Positions 17,028-22,412 of a DNA stretch of 22,412 nt are shown one piece after another; position 1 is the stretch's first letter; every line of letters starts with the position of its first letter. The notes beneath the pieces are model-generated. The model was not told the origin of the DNA. It worked only from the letters and a program-made list of their open reading frames with translations, and ran no database searches. The stretch is from positions 72,476-94,887 of the IMG/VR virus record IMGVR_UViG_3300032050_000048; one strand, 5' to 3'. Source of the stretch: a virus. Its lineage: Duplodnaviria > Heunggongvirae > Uroviricota > Caudoviricetes. A program made the position numbers and the translations under genes.

Positions 17028-18416
17028 ATGAAAAATTTAATATTATTTATTTTTACTTTATTAATGACTTTTTCAGGATTGTCACAGTATTGTAATACCG
17101 CAACAACAAATGAGACAATTACTCCAACAACAACCTTACAATATACGCCAGCTTATGCCGCTGGTCGTAGAGCGTTTAATTTTTATGCTGAAGCGGGTAA
17201 TGAATACACCTTTTCTACTGTAGGTCAAACTACGGTAGATACATATCTTCGTTTATATTCTACAGCAACTGGAGGTTCAGTTTTAGCGTGGAGTGATGAT
17301 TATTTTAATACACAATCAGAAATAACATGGTATTGTACTACTTCAGGTAATTATTCAATACTTTTAACTCGTTGGTCTGCCTCAAGTACATGTAACACCA
17401 TAAACGCTAGTGCAATAGTTAAGTATCAAAAAGGTAGTACGGCAGGAAGTACCATAGTAAGTATAGGTAGTGGTGAAGGTGTTGTTTATAACGCACCCGC
17501 CAATCATTACTACAAATATGGGTGGTCTGAAATAATTTATTTACAGTCGGAAATTAATACAGAAGGAAACATTACAAAAATACGTTTCCAAGTAGACCCA
17601 ACCACACCAGGTCCTTATACCGCAACAAACCAAAAAATATATATGGGTCACACAACACTATCAGTATTACCCTCACCGGTTAGTGAAAACGCACAAACAA
17701 ATTATGTATCATCTAACTATACATTGGTTTATGATGGTAGTGTTACTTGGAATATTGGGTGGAACGAAATTGCACTACAAACACCATTTCCTTGGAATAA
17801 CACAAATAACTTACTTATAAAATGGGAAAATAGAAATGGTACATATACTTTTGACGAACCTTGGTTTTATTACACATCAAAAACTAATACGGTAGGGTAT
17901 AGTCACCAAGATGCGTCATATCCCACGTCAAATGGTGTACAATCTAGTCTTAGACCAAATATAAAAATAGCACTTTCAGATCCAAACCCATTACCTGTTG
18001 AATTATCAACTTTTAATGGTGTGAATAAAGGTCCAAATAATTATTTATTTTGGTCAACTGTATCTGAACAAAATACAAGCCACTTTAACCTACAAAAAAG
18101 TAGAGATGGTGAAATATGGACTACTATCGCAACACTAAACGCAGCAGGAAATTCAACACAAGAAATAACCTACGATGTTGTTGATTTTAAAGTTGACCCA
18201 AACATAAACTATTATAGATTACAACAATATGATTTAAATGGTGTTTATGACACATTTGGACCAATAACTATAAATAATATAGATTTAGAAAGTAAAAAAA
18301 CTATAATTAAATATGTTAATTTAAATGGTCAGGAAATTGATCCTGAAAAACTTAAAATTTCTGATGTTTATGTAGAAATATATGATGATGGGACAATGAG
18401 AAAGGTTATTAGATGA
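17028..18416 (+). CDS. Secreted multi-domain protein: PPC-like domain, beta-sandwich, PLPVEL Ig-like domain and T9SS-like C-terminal tail
   Basis: Signal peptide MKNLILFIFTLLMTFSGLS|Q (ATG 17028 preferred over TTG 16980). PPC-like YTFST...DTYLRLY...LAWSDD...QSEITW...GNYSILL; beta-sandwich SEIIYLQSEI...GWNEIALQTPF...RPNIKI; PLPVELSTFNG...WSTVSEQN..HFNLQKSRDG...GNS...YYRLQQYDLNG; tail IKYVNLNGQ...YVEIYDDGTMRKVIR. Confidence 0.85.
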   Translation: MKNLILFIFTLLMTFSGLSQYCNTATTNETITPTTTLQYTPAYAAGRRAFNFYAEAGNEYTFSTVGQTTVDTYLRLYSTATGGSVLAWSDDYFNTQSEITWYCTTSGNYSILLTRWSASSTCNTINASAIVKYQKGSTAGSTIVSIGSGEGVVYNAPANHYYKYGWSEIIYLQSEINTEGNITKIRFQVDPTTPGPYTATNQKIYMGHTTLSVLPSPVSENAQTNYVSSNYTLVYDGSVTWNIGWNEIALQTPFPWNNTNNLLIKWENRNGTYTFDEPWFYYTSKTNTVGYSHQDASYPTSNGVQSSLRPNIKIALSDPNPLPVELSTFNGVNKGPNNYLFWSTVSEQNTSHFNLQKSRDGEIWTTIATLNAAGNSTQEITYDVVDFKVDPNINYYRLQQYDLNGVYDTFGPITINNIDLESKKTIIKYVNLNGQEIDPEKLKISDVYVEIYDDGTMRKVIR

Positions 18417-18892
18417 TAAGTAATTTTGAACTATATAAAAGGTTGTTTACCGCATTAATCGCAGTATTACAACCTTTTATTATTTATTTTACTTGTGGAG
18501 ACTTAATTTCACTTTCACAATCTTGGAACACACCATTACAACCACTTTTTATTTTTACAAACGCACTTGTAAGTTATTTCTTTTTTGATTTACCTCATTG
18601 GCGAATACCAGCAGTACTTCTTTTACTTTTAACCGTTTTTTCAGTTGAGGATTATGTCACAATTCATAATGTACTTGCTGTCGGTTTTTTTATTGTGTGT
18701 GTGTTTCCTTTGTGGTCAATAAAGAGATTTAGACTATACTTACCGGTATATCTTTTGTCCACAATTTTTTTAACTTTTGATGGATTATACTGGATGGAAA
18801 CTTGGGCAATTATTGTTCTTTGTTTTTATCACGTACACGTAATGTTATATACTAAATCAATCCATACTAGAAATCACCCGGATAGCCTTTGA
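18413..18892 (+). CDS. Multipass (about five TM segments) membrane protein
   Basis: Alternating hydrophobic segments, including SLSQSW and HNVLAVGFF motifs; start overlaps the previous stop (ATGA). Confidence 0.75.
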   Translation: MISNFELYKRLFTALIAVLQPFIIYFTCGDLISLSQSWNTPLQPLFIFTNALVSYFFFDLPHWRIPAVLLLLLTVFSVEDYVTIHNVLAVGFFIVCVFPLWSIKRFRLYLPVYLLSTIFLTFDGLYWMETWAIIVLCFYHVHVMLYTKSIHTRNHPDSL

Positions 18893-19075
18893 TATTACTT
18901 CCGTTTCACCAATTGTGAAAGCACCACGTTTGTGTGCGGCTTTCAAAGACTCCACAATAAAATATAGGGAACTATCCTTATCCATTGTTGTTAACATAAT
19001 ATTTAAATGATCTTCTGATAGGATGTCAATAGTCCCAAATAGATTTCCGTACAACTCTTTTTTTTCATCTTCCAT
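18857..19075 (-). CDS. Small hypothetical phage protein
   Basis: 72-aa ORF with ATG and natural composition, filling the gap before the divergent 19091 gene; 36-nt tail-to-tail overlap with the membrane gene. Confidence 0.65.
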   Translation of the reverse strand: MEDEKKELYGNLFGTIDILSEDHLNIMLTTMDKDSSLYFIVESLKAAHKRGAFTIGETEVISKAIRVISSMD

Positions 19076-19077
19076 AA

Positions 19078-19084
19078 TATTTAT
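19078..19084 (+). promoter_or_regulatory. TATTTAT motif, candidate late promoter
   Basis: Occupies the 15-nt divergent gap, 6 nt upstream of ATG 19091. Confidence 0.45.
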
Positions 19085-19090
19085 AATATA

Positions 19091-19801
19091 ATGGATGTAA
19101 GAGAAATAATAAAGAAAATATTAAAAGAAGCAACCGGTAATAACACTGGTTCAAGAGGGTCTTATATTATACCATTACAACCAGGATTAAGAAACTTTGA
19201 TAAAACGGCTTTAGGTCCTTTTACAGATGAGGTTTCACATTATGATAGTCCTTTATTACAATATGATAGTTTTGATGGGAAAATGGATATAAAACCAAAA
19301 CAAAGAAAGGAAATTGAACGTCAAGCTGAGAAAGCAACAAACTATATTAAAAAACACCCAAATTCAACATTTAGTGATGAAGACGGAAATAATCTAAACC
19401 CAACACCGGGCAAAGGAAAAAAAATAGTCCCGATTAAAGAATCAAATGAATTAGAAGAAGACCTTGCTGTATGGTTTGGTAAAAAGAAAAAACCAAAAGG
19501 TTCTTCACAACCAAAGGGTCCTTGGGTTGATATATGTAGAAAGGTTAATGGTAAACACCCACCTTGCGGAAGATCTGATGCTAGTGAAGGTTCATACCCT
19601 AAATGTAGAGCGGCCGGTGTTGCGGGTAAAATGTCTGATTCGGAAAAAAAATCTGCTTGTCAACAAAAAAGAAGAGCGGAAAAAAAAGATACTCAAACCG
19701 GTAAAGGACAAAAACCAGTTATGGTTTCATACAAACCAAAGAATGAATCTGTTGATTATATTGTTAATAGGGTTCTATCTGAAATCAGAAATTCTTTTTA
19801 A
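19091..19801 (+). CDS. Basic hypothetical protein, candidate internal head protein with a four-Cys C-terminal domain
   Basis: N-terminal IIKKILKE, C-terminal IVNRVLSE, and a basic domain WFGKK...WVDICRK...PPCGRS...YPKCR...SACQQKRRAE. Confidence 0.6.
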   Translation: MDVREIIKKILKEATGNNTGSRGSYIIPLQPGLRNFDKTALGPFTDEVSHYDSPLLQYDSFDGKMDIKPKQRKEIERQAEKATNYIKKHPNSTFSDEDGNNLNPTPGKGKKIVPIKESNELEEDLAVWFGKKKKPKGSSQPKGPWVDICRKVNGKHPPCGRSDASEGSYPKCRAAGVAGKMSDSEKKSACQQKRRAEKKDTQTGKGQKPVMVSYKPKNESVDYIVNRVLSEIRNSF

Positions 19802-20200
19802 GACATCGTGTAAAGAATTTTTTATCTGAGAATTAATTTTTTCTTCATATTCTAATCTTCTTTTCTCAGCTTCTAAATCAAACACATACGTAATTCTTTC
19901 CCAATCCCTATTGGTTAACTTTACATTATAATGATAAATGTGATTTGTTAAATCAACAGTCCCTTCATCTAAAGTGATAAAGATATCCATATCTTTATTT
20001 TCAATATACCTCTTGTTTGAGACGGGGGCAATCATAAATTTTGTATTTTTATCTTTGATTGCTTTAAGACAAATTAAAAAACAAGTTTTTTCATATGGTG
20101 TTTTATTTTCCTCATACGAAGGTATAATGTCTCTTTTTTTTGACCATAAATAAAATCTTAATTTTATTCTTTTAAAAAATCTTTTAATTCTTTTTTTCAT
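19775..20200 (-). CDS. Hypothetical phage protein
   Basis: 141-aa ORF with a basic N-terminus and a C-terminal coiled coil; no family recognised. Confidence 0.75.
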   Translation of the reverse strand: MKKRIKRFFKRIKLRFYLWSKKRDIIPSYEENKTPYEKTCFLICLKAIKDKNTKFMIAPVSNKRYIENKDMDIFITLDEGTVDLTNHIYHYNVKLTNRDWERITYVFDLEAEKRRLEYEEKINSQIKNSLHDVLKRISDFR

Positions 20201-20247
20201 ACTTCATATAAAGTATATTAAATAATTTTTTAATTAACAACTAAAAT

Positions 20248-20709
20248 TTAACAATATGGGGCAGAACATCTTTTTTTACCGTCAAGTCCTGGTTTTTTAC
20301 CTTTACACACTTGAACTCCGTAACCATTTGCATAAGCGGAGGGATAGACATCAAACTTTGCTTTTGCTGCCGACTTGCCTCTAGCACATAATTTTGTTCC
20401 AGTTTTTTTTCTTCCTTCCATCATCATATCATCGTCATCAATATTCATTGATAATTCCATACCATCTTTTTTTGATTCATTCATTAAAAAATCAAAAACC
20501 TGATCCATATTATTTTTCGCTTCTGCAATATGATCTTGCGCCCAATCGTGGCCATTCTCTAGAATTTCCTCAACCATGCTTTCATCTAAATCCAAAAGCA
20601 AATCACATTGTCTTCTCATTTGTTGTAAATTAGAGAAAAACATATATCTATTAGACCTTCCTTCTTCTTCTTTTAAAACTTTTCTTAATATTTGACTAAT
20701 CCTATCCAT
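20248..20709 (-). CDS. Hypothetical protein with a C-terminal YPSAYAN (DUF5872-like) basic domain, candidate internal head protein
   Basis: ATG 20709 (MDRISQILRKVLKEE) is preferred because 20799 overlaps the upstream gene. C-terminus KLCARGKSAAKAKFDVYPSAYANGYGVQVCKG...RCSAPYC. The DUF name is from memory. Confidence 0.65.
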   Translation of the reverse strand: MDRISQILRKVLKEEEGRSNRYMFFSNLQQMRRQCDLLLDLDESMVEEILENGHDWAQDHIAEAKNNMDQVFDFLMNESKKDGMELSMNIDDDDMMMEGRKKTGTKLCARGKSAAKAKFDVYPSAYANGYGVQVCKGKKPGLDGKKRCSAPYC

Positions 20710-20720
20710 AATATTTTTAA

Positions 20721-21314
20721 TTATCCATTTAATCCGTTTCCAGAACCAATTAATACCATATTTAATTGTGTTACCGGTGTTCCATAGCCATCTGTCCACA
20801 CTGGATGTGGAGGTGAAACTGCGGTAGATCCTGTGAACTCACAATCTGTAACACAAATAAATGTTTCCGTATTTGCACTTCTAGGTGGAATTTCACAGCT
20901 ACAATCGGAATATGGTACAGAAATTGTGTAAACACTAGAAGTTATAGCTTCAATAAACCCATAAACTTCAAAGCAATCACATTCTACATCATCACATATT
21001 GTGTAGAAATTACCAATTGGCCATTCAGTAAATTGACTTGGATTTATTAAAATAACTGACTCAGTTGTACAAGCTGAAGCTAAAAAAGAAAACTCGTTAT
21101 TCTGTAGACACTCTAAACAATTGTCATACCTACTTACTATAGTACTTATAGTATCATCAGCGGGGTCTGAAGTTTCAGAATTAATAGTATAACAACCAGA
21201 CGATGTTTCACCTGTAAAACCAAGATAATAAGTACCTCCTATCATTAACGAAGATTCACCAGAATCAACTATTACTGTACCACCACCACAATTTGTTATT
21301 AAATAATTTGCCAT
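20721..21314 (-). CDS. Cys-rich, Thr/Ser-rich hypothetical protein with two tandem Cys modules, probably virion-associated
   Basis: YLITNCG...GCYTI...YDNCLEC, then FLASACT...DCFEV...YSDCSC, then a C-terminal PPHPVWTDGYG segment. Confidence 0.65.
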   Translation of the reverse strand: MANYLITNCGGGTVIVDSGESSLMIGGTYYLGFTGETSSGCYTINSETSDPADDTISTIVSRYDNCLECLQNNEFSFLASACTTESVILINPSQFTEWPIGNFYTICDDVECDCFEVYGFIEAITSSVYTISVPYSDCSCEIPPRSANTETFICVTDCEFTGSTAVSPPHPVWTDGYGTPVTQLNMVLIGSGNGLNG

Positions 21315-21326
21315 TTCTATATTTTT

Positions 21327-22412
21327 TTACTTTTTATTCACTATTTGGAACTTGATTGTTCTTTTATAAGTATTTATTTCTCCGTTAGAAATCACTTTTA
21401 AATCAACAAAATATTCGTTTGGAATCTTATCTCTTGTATCAAAAATGAAATAGTATTCATTTGGAGTTTTATTAAGTTTTGTCCAATCTTGAACCTGAAC
21501 TTCTGTTTGTCCTTCTCTAACATAGACCCTATAATATGAATCTACATTTGGTAACCTTTTATTGGTTGTGTATGCTTGTTTAATTATTACGCCAACTTTT
21601 CTTATGTCGGTATTTAAAATCTTTTCGTCTTGTTTGATACCAAAGAAATCAAACCCATAAACTTTAGGATCTAAAGTTGTGGTCCCTATTTGAAAGGATG
21701 ATTGGTAAGGATAAACAACAAATTCATTTACCGTATTTGGAAGTGTGAAATTATTAACTTTTATGTTTGACCAAACATCTGTTAAAATGCAATTTGGTTT
21801 TATCCCCAAGAGTGGTGGTATTGTAACTTCATAAACACCTTTTGTTCTTTTACAAGTTGGTAGATTAACAAGTCCAGTTATTGGGTCACCATTCTGGTCT
21901 ATAATTGTAACAAGTGGATTTTGGTCCAGATTTAAAAAGTCACCATCTTCATATGTGTAAAGATAAAGTTTGTTAGTTTTACCAAGTGCAAAGTTATTTC
22001 TACTATCATCAATTAAATCATTGTAAGATGTCTCAAGTCGTGGTTCATAAAATGTTTGCGTATGTCTTGAGAAAAATCCGGTATAGTAACTTTTTGTATT
22101 TCCGGTTAAGTTCTCAAGTTGTGGTAAAAAAGATATACCCCAACCAACTGGATTTGTAAATGAACCATTAAGAACTGAGTCTATCTCATTAGTCATATCA
22201 AATTCAATGTCCTCGTTCCCAAATTCAAAATGTTGCACGTCAAGAATTGTAAGAGCTGAAAAATTAAAGACTCCTTTATTTAAATTATTATAAATTCCTG
22301 GTTGTTCCCAATTGTATATTGTTTCTCTTTGTACCCAATTTGAGGGTCTATCAGAGTAGTTCCTATCATTTTCAACTGGGTTTACATCATTAAAATCATA
22401 ACCAACACCTTC
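21327..22412 (-). CDS. 5'-truncated beta-rich protein, probable virion structural protein
   Basis: The frame is open to the window edge (EGVGYDFNDVNPVENDRNYSDRPSNW...QHFEFGNEDIEFDM), so the GTG at 22238 is not the start. It has a beta-strand-rich, Ig-like C-terminal part. Confidence 0.65.
   Translation of the reverse strand, partial: EGVGYDFNDVNPVENDRNYSDRPSNWVQRETIYNWEQPGIYNNLNKGVFNFSALTILDVQHFEFGNEDIEFDMTNEIDSVLNGSFTNPVGWGISFLPQLENLTGNTKSYYTGFFSRHTQTFYEPRLETSYNDLIDDSRNNFALGKTNKLYLYTYEDGDFLNLDQNPLVTIIDQNGDPITGLVNLPTCKRTKGVYEVTIPPLLGIKPNCILTDVWSNIKVNNFTLPNTVNEFVVYPYQSSFQIGTTTLDPKVYGFDFFGIKQDEKILNTDIRKVGVIIKQAYTTNKRLPNVDSYYRVYVREGQTEVQVQDWTKLNKTPNEYYFIFDTRDKIPNEYFVDLKVISNGEINTYKRTIKFQIVNKK

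Larger units (their letters stand above)
1..22412. mobile_element. Fragment of a large T4-like tailed bacteriophage genome (bS21-encoding type), probable Bacteroidota host
   Basis: TerL, portal, prohead protease, scaffold and gp23-like MCP occur in T4-like order. Bacteroidota-type bS21, Gln+1 signal peptides, T9SS-like tails and start codons without Shine-Dalgarno point to the host. No integrase or cellular housekeeping genes are in the window. Confidence 0.95.

Noticed and set aside
13099-18892. The cassette as misassembled host chromosome
   Set aside because: It is AT-rich like its flanks, tightly packed, shares the TATTTAT motif with phage genes and runs into phage-type genes via an overlapping ORF. 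It is provisionally treated as genuine; only read mapping can exclude a chimera.
19078-19085. Exact T4 late promoter TATAAATA on the minus strand (here and at 3062 and 17003)
   Set aside because: It is simply the reverse complement of TATTTATA. In that orientation it would mostly point away from the adjacent structural genes, so the plus-strand reading fits better; only 19078 has a minus-strand gene, and it starts 2 nt away, too close.
19464-19829. 121-aa same-strand overlapping ORF, and other short track ORFs nested in terL, portal, MCP and the fibre gene
   Set aside because: They are frame-shifted shadows of longer genes, with no independent start signals and no slippery-site evidence.
1-22412. 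Stop-codon reassignment (code 15 or code 4), known in some large phages
   Set aside because: Core genes are full length under code 11, and TAA, TGA (3003, 16586, 18416) and TAG (7693) all act as stops at sensible gene ends.
1-22412. tRNA or other structured RNA genes
   Set aside because: Intergenic gaps are short, and no cloverleaf or T-loop (GTTCRA) context was found, including in 14101..14271.

Overview
A 22.4-kb, AT-rich piece of a large T4-like (gp17/gp20/gp21/gp23-type) tailed phage genome, most likely infecting Bacteroidota (probably Flavobacteriales). The left part has tail-fibre/adhesin-like genes followed by the head module: large terminase, portal, a phage ribosomal protein bS21 on the opposite strand, prohead protease, a DUF4494-like protein, an acidic scaffold and the major capsid protein. 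Directly behind the capsid terminator is an accessory cassette of about 5.8 kb. It encodes three proteins with Bacteroidota-style Sec signal peptides (Gln at +1) and type IX secretion (T9SS)-like C-terminal tails: two adhesin/lectin-like proteins with PLPVxL Ig domains and an S8 subtilase with SprB repeats. It also encodes a SiaC/DUF1987-like phosphoprotein and a multipass membrane protein. The right part returns to conserved phage genes, probably virion or head-internal proteins. The most striking signal is that the phage appears to encode cargo for its host's T9SS. A TATTTAT motif recurs just upstream of eight start codons and is a candidate late promoter. All family assignments come from motif recognition by eye; no database searches were run.
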